Shown: positions 49,401 to 63,292 of the stretch, in pieces
Numbering within the stretch: the stretch's first letter is position 1
Layout of the letters: each line of letters starts with the position of its first letter
Source: Nemertoderma westbladi
Taxonomy: Eukaryota > Animalia > Xenacoelomorpha
DNA: 64,000 nt
Assembly: GCA_032718475.1 (NCBI GenBank)
Contig: JAUCBJ010008813.1
Coordinates: 1-64,000 of the forward strand
Direction: 5' to 3'
Position numbers and translations under genes: made by a program
The notes under the pieces: model-generated
The model's database searches: none
Seen by the model: only the letters and a program-made list of their open reading frames with translations
What the model was told of the DNA's origin: nothing

Positions 49401-52400
49401 TTAACAGGCATTCCTTTAGGAAACAGAGTGGAAGGGTTTACTGTGGAAGATCACCCATGGTGGTGAACAGGCATTCCTTTAGGAAAAAGAGTGGGAGGGT
49501 TTACTGTGGAAGATCACCCATGGCGGTGAACAGGCATTCTTAGGAGACATAGTGGAAGAGTTTACTGTGGAAGATCACCCATGGCGGTGAACAGGCATTC
49601 CTTTAGGAAAAAGAGTGGGAGGGTTTACTGTGGAAGATCATCCATGGCGGTGAACAGGCATTCTTAGGAAACAGAGTGGTAGGGTTTACTGTGGAAGATC
49701 ACCCATGGCGGTTAACAGGCATTCCTTTAGGAAACAGAGTGGAAGGGTTTACTGTGGAAGATCACCCATGGTGGTGAACAGGCATTCCTTTAGGAAACAG
49801 AGTGGAAGAGTTTACTGTGGAAGATCAAAGATCACCCGTGGTGGTGAACAGGCATTCCTTTAGGAAACAGAGTGGAAGGGTTTACTGTGGAAGATCACCC
49901 ATGGTGGTGAACAGGCATTCCTTTAGGAAACAGAGTTGAAGGGTTTACTGTGGAAGGTCACCCATGGGGGTTAACAGGCATTCCTTTAGGAAACAGAGTT
50001 GAAGGGTTTACTGTGGAAGATCACCCATGTTGGTGAACAGACATTCCTTTAGGAAACAGAGTGGAAGGGTTTACTGTGGAAGATCAAAGATTACCCGTGG
50101 TGGTGAACAGGCATTCCTTTAGGAAACAGAATGGAAGGGTTTACTGTGGAAGATCACCCATGTTGGTGAACAGGCATTCCTTTAGGAAACAGAGTGGAAG
50201 GGTTTACTGTGGAAGAAAGATCACCCATGGCGGTGAACAGACATTCCTTTAGGAAACAGAGTGGAAGGGTTTACTGTGGAAGATCACCCATGGTGGTGAA
50301 CAGGCATTCCTTTAGGAAACAGAGTGGAAGGGTTTACTGTGGAAGAAAGATCACCCATGGTGGTGAACAGACATTCCTTTAGGAAGCAGAGTGGAAGGGT
50401 TACTGTGGAAGAAAGATCACCCATGGTGGTGAACAGACATTCCTTTAGGAAACAGAGTGGAAGGGTTTACTGTGGAAGATCACCCATGGTGGTGAACAGG
50501 CATTCCTTTAGGAAACTGAGTGGAAGGGTTTAATGTGGAAGATCATCCATGGTGGTGAACAGGCATTCCTTTAGGAAACAGAGTTGAAGGGTTAACTGTG
50601 GAAGATCACCCATGGTGGTTAACAGGCATTCCTTTAGGAAACAGAGTGGAAGGGTTTAATGTGGAAGATCATCCATGGTGGTGAACAGGCATTCCTTTAG
50701 GAAACTGAGTGGAAGGGTTTAATGTGGAAGATCATCCATGGTGGTGAACAGGCATTCCTTAAGGAAACAGAGTTGAAGGGTTTACTGTGGAAGATCACCC
50801 ATGGTGGTTAACAGGCATTCCTTTAGGAAACAGAGTTGAAGGGTTTACTGTGGAAGATCACGCATGTTGGTGAACAGGCATCCCTTTAGGAAACAGAGTG
50901 GAAGGGTTTACTGTGGAAGAAAGATCACCCATGGTGGTGAACAGACATTCCTTTAGGAAACGAGTGGAAGGGTTTACTGTGGAAGAAAGATCACCCATGG
51001 CGGTGAACAGGCATTCCTTTAGGAAACAGAGTGGAAGGGTTTACTGTGGAAGAAAGATCACCCATGGCGGTGAACAGACATTCCTTTAGGAAACAGAGTG
51101 GAAGGGTTTACTGTGGAAGAAAGATCACCCATGGCGGTGAACAGACATTCCTTTAGGAAACAGAGTGGAAGGGTTTACTGTGGAAGATCACCCATGGTGG
51201 TGAACAGGCATTCCTTTATGAAACAGAGTGGAAGGGGGAAGGGTTTACTGTGGAAGATCACCCATGGTGTTGAACAGGCATTCCTTTAGGAAACAGAGTG
51301 GAAGGGGGAAGGGTTTACTGTGGAAGATCACCCATGGTGGTGAACAGGCATTCCTTTATGAAACAGAGTGGAAGGGGGAAGGGTTTACTGTGGAAGATCA
51401 CCCATGGTGGTGAACAGGCATTCCTTTAGGAAACAGAGTGGAAGGGTTTACTGTGGAAGAAAGATCACCCATGGCGGTGAACAGACATTCCTTTAGGAAA
51501 CAGAGTGGAAGGGTTTACTGTGGAAGATCACCCATGGTGGTGAACAGGCATTCCTTTATGAAACAGAGTGGAAGGGGGAAGGGTTTACTGTGGAAGATCA
51601 CCCATGGTGTTGAACAGGCATTCCTTTAACAAACAGAGTGGAAGGGTTTACTGTGGAAGATCACCCATGGTAGTGAACAGGCATTCCTTTAGGAAACAGA
51701 GTGTAAGGGATTACTGTGGAATATCACCCATGGTAGTGAACGGGCATTCCTTTACGAAACAGAGTGGAGGGGTTTGCTGTGGAAGATCACCCATGGTGGT
51801 GAACAGGCATTCCTATAGGAAACAGAGTTGAAGGGTTTACTGCGGAAGATCACCCATGGTGGTGAACATGCATTCCTTTGGGAAACAGAGTGGAAGGGTT
51901 TACTGTGGAAGATCACCCATGGTAGTGAACAGGCATTCCTTTAGGAAACAGAGTGTAAGGGTTTACTGTGGAAGATCACCCATGGTAGTGAACAGGCATT
52001 CCTTTATGAAACAGAGTGGAGGGGTTTGCTGTGGAAGATCACCCATGGTGGTGAACAGGCATTCCTATAGGAAACAGAGTTGAAGGGTTTACTGCGGAAG
52101 ATCACCCATGGTGGTGAACATGCATTCCTTTGGGAAACATAGTGGAAGGGTTTACTGTGGAAGATCACCCATGGTAGTGAACAGGCATTCCTTTAGGAAA
52201 CAGAGTGGAGGGGTTTACTGTGGAAGATCACCTATGGTGGTTAACAGGCATTCCTTTAGGAAACAGAGTGGAGGGGTTTACTGTGGAAGATCACCTATGG
52301 TGGTTAACAGGCATTCCTATAGGAAACAGAGTGGAGGGGTTTACTGTGGAAGAACACCCATGGTGGTGAACAGGCATTCCTTTAGGAAACTGAGTGGAAG

Positions 52401-55400
52401 GGTTTACTGTGGAAGATCACCCATGGTTGTGAACAGGCATTCCTTTAGGAAACAGAGTGGAAGGCTTTACTGTGGAAGATCACCCATGGTATTGAACAGG
52501 CATTCCTATAGGAAACAGAGTTGAAGGGTTTACTGCGGAAGATCACCCATGGTGGTGAACATGCATTCCTTTGGGAAACAGAGTGGAAGGGTTTACTGTG
52601 GAAGATCACCCATGGTGGTGAACAGGCATTCCTTTAGGAAACTGAGTGGAAGGGTTTACTGTGGAAGATCACCCATGGTTGTGAACAGGCATTCCTTTAG
52701 GAAACAGATTGGAAGGCTTTACTGTGGAAGATCACCCATGGTATTGAACAGGCATTCCTATAGGAAACAGAGTTGAAGGGTTTACTGCGGAAGATCACCC
52801 ATGGTGGTGAACATGCATTCCTTTGGGAAACAGAGTGGAAGGGTTTACTGTGGAAGATCACCCATGGTAGTGAACAGGCATTCCTTTAGGAAACAGAGTG
52901 TAAGGGTTTACTGTGGAAGATCACCCATGGTAGTGAACAGGCATTCCTTTAGGAAACAGAGTGGAGGGGTTTGCTGTGGAAGATCACCCATGGTGGTGAA
53001 CAGGCATTCCTATAGGAAACAGAGTTGAAGGGTTTACTGCGGAAGATCACCCATGGTGGTGAACATGCATTCCTTTGGGAAACATAGTGGAAGGGTTTAC
53101 TGTGGAAGATCACCCATGGTAGTGAACAGGCATTCCTTTAGGAAACAGAGTGGAGGGGTTTACTGTGGAATATCACCTATGGTGGTTAACAGGCATTCCT
53201 TTAGGAAACAGAGTGGAGGGGTTTACTGTGGAAGATCACCCATGGTGGTGAACAGGCATTCCTTTAGGAAACAGAGTGGAAGGGTTTACTGTGGAAGATC
53301 ACCCATGGTGGTGAACAGGCATTCCTTTAGGAAACTGAGTGGAAGGGTTTACTGTGGAAGATTACCCATGGTGGTGAACAGGCATTCCTTTAGGAAACAG
53401 AGTGGAAGGGTTTACTGTGGAAGAACACCCATGGTATTGAACAGGCATTCCTTTAGGAAACAGAGTGGAAGGGTTTACTGTGGAAGATCACCCATGGTGG
53501 TGAACAGGCATTCCTTTAGGAAACAGAGTGGAAGGGTTTACTGTGGAAGATCACCCATGGTATTGAACAGGCATTCCTTTAGGAAACAGAGTGGAAGGGT
53601 TTACTGTGGAAGATTACCCATGGTATTGAACAGGCATTCCTTTAGGAAACAGAGTGGAAGGGTTTACTGTGGAAGATCAAAGATCACCCGTGGTGGTAAA
53701 CAGGCATTCCTTTAGGAAACAGAGTTGAAGGGTTTACTGCGGAAGATCACCCATGGTGGTGAACATGCATTCCTTTGGGAATCAGAGTGGAAGGGTTTAC
53801 TGTGGAAGATCACCCATGGTGGTGAACAGGCATTCCTTTCGGAAACAGAGTTGAAGGGTTTACTGTGGAAGATCACCCATGGTGGTTAACAGGCATTCCT
53901 TTAGGAAACAGAGTTGAAGGGTTTACTGTGGAAGATCACGCATGTTGGTGAACAGGCATTCCTTTAGGAAACAGAGTGGAAGGGTTTACTGTGGAAGAAA
54001 GATCACCCATGGTGGTGAACAGACATTCCTTTAGGAAACAGAGTGGAAGGGTTTACTGTGGAAGAAAGATCACCCATGGCGGTGAACAGGCATTCCTTTA
54101 GGAAACAGAGTGGAAGGGTTTACTGTGGAAGAAAGATCACCCATGGCGGTGAACAGACATTCCTTTAGGAAACAGAGTGGAAGGGTTTACTGTGGAAGAT
54201 CACCCATGGTGGTGAACAGGCATTCCTTTATGAAACAAAGTGGAAGGGGGAAGGGTTTACTGTGGAAGATCACCCATGGTGTTGAACAGGCATTCCTTTA
54301 GCAAACAGAGTGGAAGGGTTTACTGTGGAAGATCACCCATTGTAGTGAACAGGCATTCCTTTAGGAAACAGAGTGTAAGGGTTTACTGTGGAATATCACC
54401 CATGGTAGTGAACAGGCATTCCTTTAGGAAACAGAGTGGAGGGGTTTGCTGTGGAAGATCACCCATGGTGGTGAACAGGCATTCCTATAGGAAACAGAGT
54501 TGAAGGGTTTACTGTGGAAGATCACCCATTGTAGTGAACAGGCATTCCTTTAGGAAACAGAGTGTAAGGGTTTACTGTGGAATATCACCCATGGTGGTGA
54601 ACAGGCATTCCTTTACAAAACAGAGTGGAGGGGTTTGCTGTGGAAGATCACCCATGGTGGTGAACAGGCATTCCTATAGGAAACAGAGTTGAAAGGTTTA
54701 CTGCGGAAGATCACCCATGGTGGTGAACATGCATTCCTTTGGGAAACAGAGTGGAAGGGTTTACTGTGGAAGATCACCCATGGTAGTGAACAGGCATTCC
54801 TTTAGGAAACAGAGTGTAAGGGTTTACTGTGGAAGATCACCCATGGTAGTGAACAGGCATTCCTTTAGGAAACAGTGGAGGGGTTTGCTGTGGAAGATCA
54901 CCCATGGTGGTGAACAGGCATTCCTATAGGAAACAGAGTTGAAGGGTTTACTGCGGAAGATCACCCATGGTGGTGAACATGCATTCCTTTGGGAAACATA
55001 GTGGAAGGGTTTACTGTGGAAGATCACCCATGGTAGTGAACAGGCATTCCTTTAGGAAACAGAGTGGAGGGGTTTACTGTGGAAGATCACCTATGGTGGT
55101 TAACAGGCATTCCTTTAGGAAACAGAGTGGAGGGGTTTACTGTGGAAGATCACCTATGGTGGTTAACAGGCATTCCTATAGGAAACATAGTGGAGGGGTT
55201 TACTGTGGAAGATTACCCATATAGTGGTGAACAGGAATTCCTATAGGAAACAGAGTGGAAGGGTTTACTGTGGAAGATCACCCATGGTGGTGAACAGGCA
55301 TTCCTTTAGGAAACTGAGTGGAAGGGTTTACTGTGGAAGATCACCCATGGTTGTGAACAGGCATTCCTTTAGGAAACAGAGTGGAAGGCTTTACTGTGGA

Positions 55401-58400
55401 AGATCACCCATGGTATTGAACAGGCATTCCTATAGGAAACAGAGTTGAAGGGTTTACTGCGGAAGATCACCCATGGTGGTGAACATGCATTCCTTTGGGA
55501 AACAGAGTGGAAGGGTTTACTGTGGAAGATCACCCATGGTAGTGAACAGGCATTCCTTTAGGAAACAGAGTGTAAGGGTTTACTGTGGAAGATCACCCAT
55601 GGTAGTGAACAGGCATTCCTTTAGGAAACAGTGTGGAGGGGTTTGCTGTGGAAGATCACCCATGGTGGTGAACAGGCATTCCTTTAGGAAACAGAGTGGA
55701 AGGGTTTACTGTGGAAGATCACCCATGGTAGTGAACAGGCATTCCTTTAGGAAACAGAGTGGAGGGGTTTACTGTGGAATATCACCTATGGTGGTTAACA
55801 GGCATTCCTTTAGGAAACAGAGTGGAGGGGTTTACTGTGGAAGATCACCCATGGTGGTGAACAGGCATTCCTTTAGGAAACAGAGTGGAAGGGTTTACTG
55901 TGGAAGATCACCCATGGTGGTGAACAGGCATTCCTTTAGGAAACTGAGTGGAAGGGTTTACTGTGGAAGATCACCCATGGTGGTGAACAGGCATTCCTTT
56001 AGGAAACAGAGTGGAAGGGTTTACTGTGGAAGAACACCCATGGTATTGAACAGGCATTCCTTTAGGAAACAGAGTGGAAGGGTTTACTGTGGAAGATCAC
56101 CCATGGTGGTGAACAGGCATTCCTTTAGGAAACAGAGTGGAAGGGTTTACTGTGGAAGATCACCCATGGTATTGAACAGGCATTCCTTTAGGAAACAGAG
56201 TGTAAGGGTTTATTGTGGAATATCACCCATGGTAGTGAACGGGCATTCCTTTACGAAACAGAGTGGAGGGGTTTGCTGTGGAAGATCACCCATGGTGGTG
56301 AACAGGCATTCCTATAGGAAACAGAGTTGAAGGGTTTACTGCGGAAGATCACCCATGGTGGTGAACATGCATTCCTTTGGGAAACAGAGTGGAAGGGTTT
56401 ACTGTGGAAGATCACCCATGGTAGTGAACAGGCATTCCTTTAGGAAACAGAGTGTAAGGGTTTACTGTGGAAGATCACCCATGGTAGTGAACAGGCATTC
56501 CTTTAGGAAACAGAGTGGAGGGGTTTGCTGTGGAAGATCACCCATGGTAGTGAACAGGCATTCCTATAGGAAACAGAGTTGAAGGGTTTACTGCGGAAGA
56601 TCACCCATGGTGGTGAACATGCATTCCTTTGGGAAACATAGTGGAAGGGTTTACTGTGGAAGATCACCCATGGTAGTGAACAGGCATTCCTTTAGGAAAC
56701 AGAGTGGAGGGGTTTACTGTGGAAGATCACCTATGGTGGTTAACAGGCATTCCTTTAGGAAACAGAGTGGAAGGGTTTACTGTGGAAGATCACCCATGGT
56801 GGTGAACAGGCATTCCTTTAGGAAACTGAGTGGAAGGGTTTACTGTGGAAGATTACCCATGGTGGTGAACAGGCATTCCTTTAGGAAACAGAGTGGAAGG
56901 GTTTACTGTGGAAGAACACCCATGGTATTGAACAGGCATTCCTTTAGGAAACAGAGTGGAAGGGTTTACTGTGGAAGATCACCCATGGTGGTGAACAGGC
57001 ATTCCTTTAGGAAACAGAGTGGAAGGGTTTACTGTGGAAGATCACCCATGGTATTGAACAGGCATTCCTTTAGGAAACAGAGTGGAAGGGTTTACTGTGG
57101 AAGATTACCCATGGTATTGAACAGGCATTCCTTTAGGAAACAGAGTGGAAGGGTTTACTGTGGAAGATCAAAGATCACCCGTGGTGGTAAACAGGCATTC
57201 CTTTAGGAAACAGAGTTGAAGGGTTTACTGCGGAAGATCACCCATGGTGGTGAACATGCATTCCTTTGGGAATCAGAGTGGAAGGGTTTACTGTGGAAGA
57301 TCACCCATGGTGGTGAACAGGCATTCCTTTCGGAAACAGAGTTGAAGGGTTTACTGTGGAAGATCACCCATGGTGGTTAACAGGCATTCCTTTAGGAAAC
57401 AGAGTTGAAGGGTTTACTGTGGAAGATCACGCATGTTGGTGAACAGGCATTCCTTTAGGAAACAGAGTGGAAGGGTTTACTGTGGAAGAAAGATCACCCA
57501 TGGTGGTGAACAGACATTCCTTTAGGAAACAGAGTGGAAGGGTTTACTGTGGAAGAAAGATCACCCATGGCGGTGAACAGGCATTCCTTTAGGAAACAGA
57601 GTGGAAGGGTTTACTGTGGAAGAAAGATCACCCATGGCGGTGAACAGACATTCCTTTAGGAAACAGAGTGGAAGGGTTTACTGTGGAAGATCACCCATGG
57701 TGGTGAACAGGCATTCCTTTATGAAACAAAGTGGAAGGGGGAAGGGTTTACTGTGGAAGATCACCCATGGTGTTGAACAGGCATTCCTTTAGCAAACAGA
57801 GTGGAAGGGTTTACTGTGGAAGATCACCCATTGTAGTGAACAGGCATTCCTTTAGGAAACAGAGTGTAAGGGTTTACTGTGGAATATCACCCATGGTAGT
57901 GAACAGGCATTCCTTTAGGAAACAGAGTGGAGGGGTTTGCTGTGGAAGATCACCCATGGTGGTGAACAGGCATTCCTATAGGAAACAGAGTTGAAGGGTT
58001 TACTGTGGAAGATCACCCATTGTAGTGAACAGGCATTCCTTTAGGAAACAGAGTGTAAGGGTTTACTGTGGAATATCACCCATGGTGGTGAACAGGCATT
58101 CCTTTACAAAACAGAGTGGAGGGGTTTGCTGTGGAAGATCACCCATGGTGGTGAACAGGCATTCCTATAGGAAACAGAGTTGAAAGGTTTACTGCGGAAG
58201 ATCACCCATGGTGGTGAACATGCATTCCTTTGGGAAACAGAGTGGAAGGGTTTACTGTGGAAGATCACCCATGGTAGTGAACAGGCATTCCTTTAGGAAA
58301 CAGAGTGTAAGGGTTTACTGTGGAAGATCACCCATGGTAGTGAACAGGCATTCCTTTAGGAAACAGTGGAGGGGTTTGCTGTGGAAGATCACCCATGGTG

Positions 58401-61400
58401 GTGAACAGGCATTCCTATAGGAAACAGAGTTGAAGGGTTTACTGCGGAAGATCACCCATGGTGGTGAACATGCATTCCTTTGGGAAACATAGTGGAAGGG
58501 TTTACTGTGGAAGATCACCCATGGTAGTGAACAGGCATTCCTTTAGGAAACAGAGTGGAGGGGTTTACTGTGGAAGATCACCTATGGTGGTTAACAGGCA
58601 TTCCTTTAGGAAACAGAGTGGAGGGGTTTACTGTGGAAGATCACCTATGGTGGTTAACAGGCATTCCTATAGGAAACATAGTGGAGGGGTTTACTGTGGA
58701 AGATTACCCATATAGTGGTGAACAGGAATTCCTATAGGAAACAGAGTGGAAGGGTTTACTGTGGAAGATCACCCATGGTGGTGAACAGGCATTCCTTTAG
58801 GAAACTGAGTGGAAGGGTTTACTGTGGAAGATCACCCATGGTTGTGAACAGGCATTCCTTTAGGAAACAGAGTGGAAGGCTTTACTGTGGAAGATCACCC
58901 ATGGTATTGAACAGGCATTCCTATAGGAAACAGAGTTGAAGGGTTTACTGCGGAAGATCACCCATGGTGGTGAACATGCATTCCTTTGGGAAACAGAGTG
59001 GAAGGGTTTACTGTGGAAGATCACCCATGGTAGTGAACAGGCATTCCTTTAGGAAACAGAGTGTAAGGGTTTACTGTGGAAGATCACCCATGGTAGTGAA
59101 CAGGCATTCCTTTAGGAAACAGTGTGGAGGGGTTTGCTGTGGAAGATCACCCATGGTGGTGAACAGGCATTCCTTTAGGAAACAGAGTGGAAGGGTTTAC
59201 TGTGGAAGATCACCCATGGTAGTGAACAGGCATTCCTTTAGGAAACAGAGTGGAGGGGTTTACTGTGGAATATCACCTATGGTGGTTAACAGGCATTCCT
59301 TTAGGAAACAGAGTGGAGGGGTTTACTGTGGAAGATCACCCATGGTGGTGAACAGGCATTCCTTTAGGAAACAGAGTGGAAGGGTTTACTGTGGAAGATC
59401 ACCCATGGTGGTGAACAGGCATTCCTTTAGGAAACTGAGTGGAAGGGTTTACTGTGGAAGATCACCCATGGTGGTGAACAGGCATTCCTTTAGGAAACAG
59501 AGTGGAAGGGTTTACTGTGGAAGAACACCCATGGTATTGAACAGGCATTCCTTTAGGAAACAGAGTGGAAGGGTTTACTGTGGAAGATCACCCATGGTGG
59601 TGAACAGGCATTCCTTTAGGAAACAGAGTGGAAGGGTTTACTGTGGAAGATCACCCATGGTATTGAACAGGCATTCCTTTAGGAAACAGAGTGTAAGGGT
59701 TTACTGTGGAATATCACCCATGGTAGTGAACGGGCATTCCTTTACGAAACAGAGTGGAGGGGTTTGCTGTGGAAGATCACCCATGGTGGTGAACAGGCAT
59801 TCCTATAGGAAACAGAGTTGAAGGGTTTACTGCGGAAGATCACCCATGGTGGTGAACATGCATTCCTTTGGGAAACAGAGTGGAAGGGTTTACTGTGGAA
59901 GATCACCCATGGTAGTGAACAGGCATTCCTTTAGGAAACAGAGTGTAAGGGTTTACTGTGGAAGATCACCCATGGTAGTGAACAGGCATTCCTTTAGGAA
60001 ACAGAGTGGAGGGGTTTGCTGTGGAAGATCACCCATGGTAGTGAACAGGCATTCCTATAGGAAACAGAGTTGAAGGGTTTACTGCGGAAGATCACCCATG
60101 GTGGTGAACATGCATTCCTTTGGGAAACATAGTGGAAGGGTTTACTGTGGAAGATCACCCATGGTAGTGAACAGGCATTCCTTTAGGAAACAGAGTGGAG
60201 GGGTTTACTGTGGAAGATCACCTATGGTGGTTGGAGGGGTTTACTGTGGAAGATCACCTATGGTGGTTAACAGGCATTCCTATAAGAAACAGAGTGGAGG
60301 GGTTTACTGTGGAAGATTACCCATATAGTGGTGAACAGGAATTCCTATAGGAAACAGAGTGGAAGGGTTTACTGTGGAAGATCACCCATGGTGGTGAACA
60401 GGCATTCCTTTAGGAAACTGAGTGGAAGGGTTTACTGTGGAAGATCACCCATGGTTGTGAACAGGCATTCCTTTAGGAAACAGAGTGGAAGGCTTTACTG
60501 TGGAAGATCACCCATGGTATTGAACAGGCATTCCTATAGGAAACAGAGTTGAAGGGTTTACTGCGGAAGATCACCCATGGTGGTGAACATGCATTCCTTT
60601 GGGAAACAGAGTGGAAGGGTTTACTGTGGAAGATCACCCATGGTAGTGAACAGGCATTCCTTTAGGAAACAGAGTGTAAGGGTTTACTGTGGAAGATCAC
60701 CCATGGTAGTGAACAGGCATTCCTTTAGGAAACAGAGTGGAGGGGTTTGCTGTGGAAGATCACCCATGGTGGTGAACAGGCATTCCTATAGGAAACAGAG
60801 TTGAAGGGTTTACTGCGGAAGATCACCCATGGTGGTGAACATGCATTCCTTTGGGAAACATAGTGGAAGGGTTTATTGTGGAAGATCACCCATGGTAGTG
60901 AACAGGCATTCCTTTAGGAAACAGAGTGGAGGGGTTTACTGTGGAATATCACCTATGGTGGTTAACAGGCATTCCTTTAGGAAACAGAGTGGAGGGGTTT
61001 ACTGTGGAAGATCACCCATGGTGGTGAACAGGCATTCCTTTAGGAAACAGAGTGGAAGGGTTTACTGTGGAAGATCACCCATGGTGGTGAACAGGCATTC
61101 CTTTAGGAAACTGAGTGGAAGGGTTTACTGTGGAAGATCACCCATGGTGGTGAACAGGCATTCCTTTAGGAAACAGAGTGGAAGGGTTTACTGTGGAAGA
61201 ACACCCATGGTATTGAACAGGCATTCCTTTAGGAAACAGAGTGGAAGGGTTTACTGTGGAAGATCACCCATGGTGGTGAACAGGCATTCCTTTAGGAAAC
61301 AGAGTGGAAGGGTTTACTGTGGAAGATCACCCATGGTATTGAACAGGCATTCCTTTAGGAAACAGAGTGGAAGGGTTTACTGTGGAAGATTACCCATGGT

Positions 61401-62420
61401 ATTGAACAGGCATTCCTTTAGGAAACAGAGTGGAAGGGTTTACTGTGGAAGATCAAAGATCACCCGTGGTGGTAAACAGGCATTCCTTTAGGAAACAGAG
61501 TGGAAGGGTTTACTGTGGAAGATCACCCATGGTGGTGAACAGGCATTCCTTTAGGAAACTGAGTGGAAGGGTTTACTGTGGAAGATCACCCATGGTGGTG
61601 AACAGGCATTCCTTTAGGAAACAGAGTGGAAGGGTTTACTGTGGAAAATCATCCATGGTGGTGAACAGGCATTCCTTTAGGAACAGAGTGGAAGGGTTTA
61701 CTGTGGAAGATCACCCATGGTGGTGAACAGGCATTCCTTTAGGAAACAGAGTGGAAGGGTTTACTGTGGAAAATCATCCATGGTAGTCAACAGGCATTCC
61801 TTTAGGAAACAGAGTGGAAGGGTTTACTGTGGAAAATCATCCATGGTAGTGAACAGGCATTCCTTTAGGAAACAGAGTGGAAGGGTTTACTGTGGAAGAT
61901 CACCCATGGTATTGAACAGGCATTCCTTTAGGAAACAGAGTGGAAGGGTTTACTGTGGAAGATCACCCATGGTGGTGAACAGGCATTCCTTTAGGAAACT
62001 GAGTGGAAGGGTTTACTGTGGAAGATCACCCATGGTGGTGAACAGGCATTCCTTTAGGAAACACAGTGGAAGGGTTTACTGTGGAAGATCACCCATGGTG
62101 GTTAACATTCCTTTAGGAAACAGAGTTGAAGGGTTTACTGTGGAAGATCACCCATGGTGGTTAACAGGCATTCCTTTAGGAAACAGAGTTGAAGGGTTTA
62201 CTGTGGAAGATCACCCATGGTGGTGAACAGGCATTCCTTTAGGAAACACAGTGGAAGGGTTTACTGTGGAAGATCACCCATGGTGGTTAACATTCCTTTA
62301 GGAAACAGAGTTGAAGGGTTTAATGTGGAAGATCACCCATGGTGGTTAACAGGCATTCCTTTAGGAAACAGAGTGGAAGGGTTTACTGTGGAAGATCACC
62401 CATGGCGGTAAACAGGGATT
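46441..62420. repeat. 63-bp satellite, ~250 copies (~16 kb), within EPC intron 2
   Basis: Unit AAACAGAGTGGAAGGGTTTACTGTGGAAGATCACCCATGGTGGTGAACAGGCATTCCTTTAGG; includes a 3491-bp higher-order duplication. Confidence 0.99.
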
Positions 62421-62532
62421 CCTTGGCCTAACGAGCCTAAAAGATTCATCCATTCATTATGTAAATATTATTAATTAAAACATTTTTTAACACATTATTT
62501 TTCATGTTTTCGTTATTAATTGATTGATTTAG

Positions 62533-62777
62533 CGATTACTTTCGGCGACCAAGAGATCCCTGACTACGATATGGACAGTGACGACGAATCTTGGGTCCGA
62601 GCTCGGTGCATCGAGGGCCCTGATCCCCGGCTAAAGTTCGAGTTAATGATGGACCGACTCGAGAAGGGAAGCGGACAGACCGTGGTCTCCCTCAATGAGG
62701 CCAAGGCCTTGCTGAAACAGGACGATGACCTGGTAACGGCTGTTTACGACTACTGGTTAAACAAACGCCTACATTAC
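62533..62777 (+). CDS. EPC1: Enhancer of polycomb homolog, coding exon 3
   Basis: TTTAG acceptor, phase matches exon 2; PDYDMDSDDESW...FELMMDRLEKGSGQTVVSLNEAKALL...VYDYWLNKRL; GTTAGT donor. Confidence 0.95.
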
Positions 62778-63116
62778 GTTAGTGTTACTAACTAACTAAC
62801 TTTATTATAGTTTGCTATTTGTTATTGTTATTTTATTATGAACCAAATTTAGAGCTACTAAACATAAACAATGCCAGTAATACAATTATCATATATAAGC
62901 GACTTCAACCAGGAAGAATAACATTGAATTTCATTTTAGAAGCATTCATAGTAAAAAGATCCTAGAAATAATTTTTTATTATATTAATAATGTTTTTACT
63001 TTTATTTTTAAGGCGCTGTTTACCTGAATACAAAAAACCTCCTTATTTTAATGGATAAAATTGTTTTTATCCATCTAGAGGTTACTGATTAACCGTTGGT
63101 CGCTTTATCTCCTTAG

Positions 63117-63292
63117 CAACACGCCCTGATTCCGTCGGTTAGGCAGGAACGACAGGCGTCTACTGTGACTCCGGACCCTTACATCGCGTTCCGTCGGCGA
63201 ACCGAACGGATGCAGACACGGAAGAATCGGAAAAACGACGAGGTTTCTTACGAGAGAATGATTCGGTTGAGACGGGATCTCGAGAGATCGTT
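63117..63292 (+). CDS. EPC1: Enhancer of polycomb homolog, coding exon 4; the gene continues past the window
   Basis: CCTTAG acceptor; LIPSVRQE...DPYIAFRRRTERMQTRKNRKNDEVSYERMIRLRRDL; GTAAGT donor. Confidence 0.95.
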
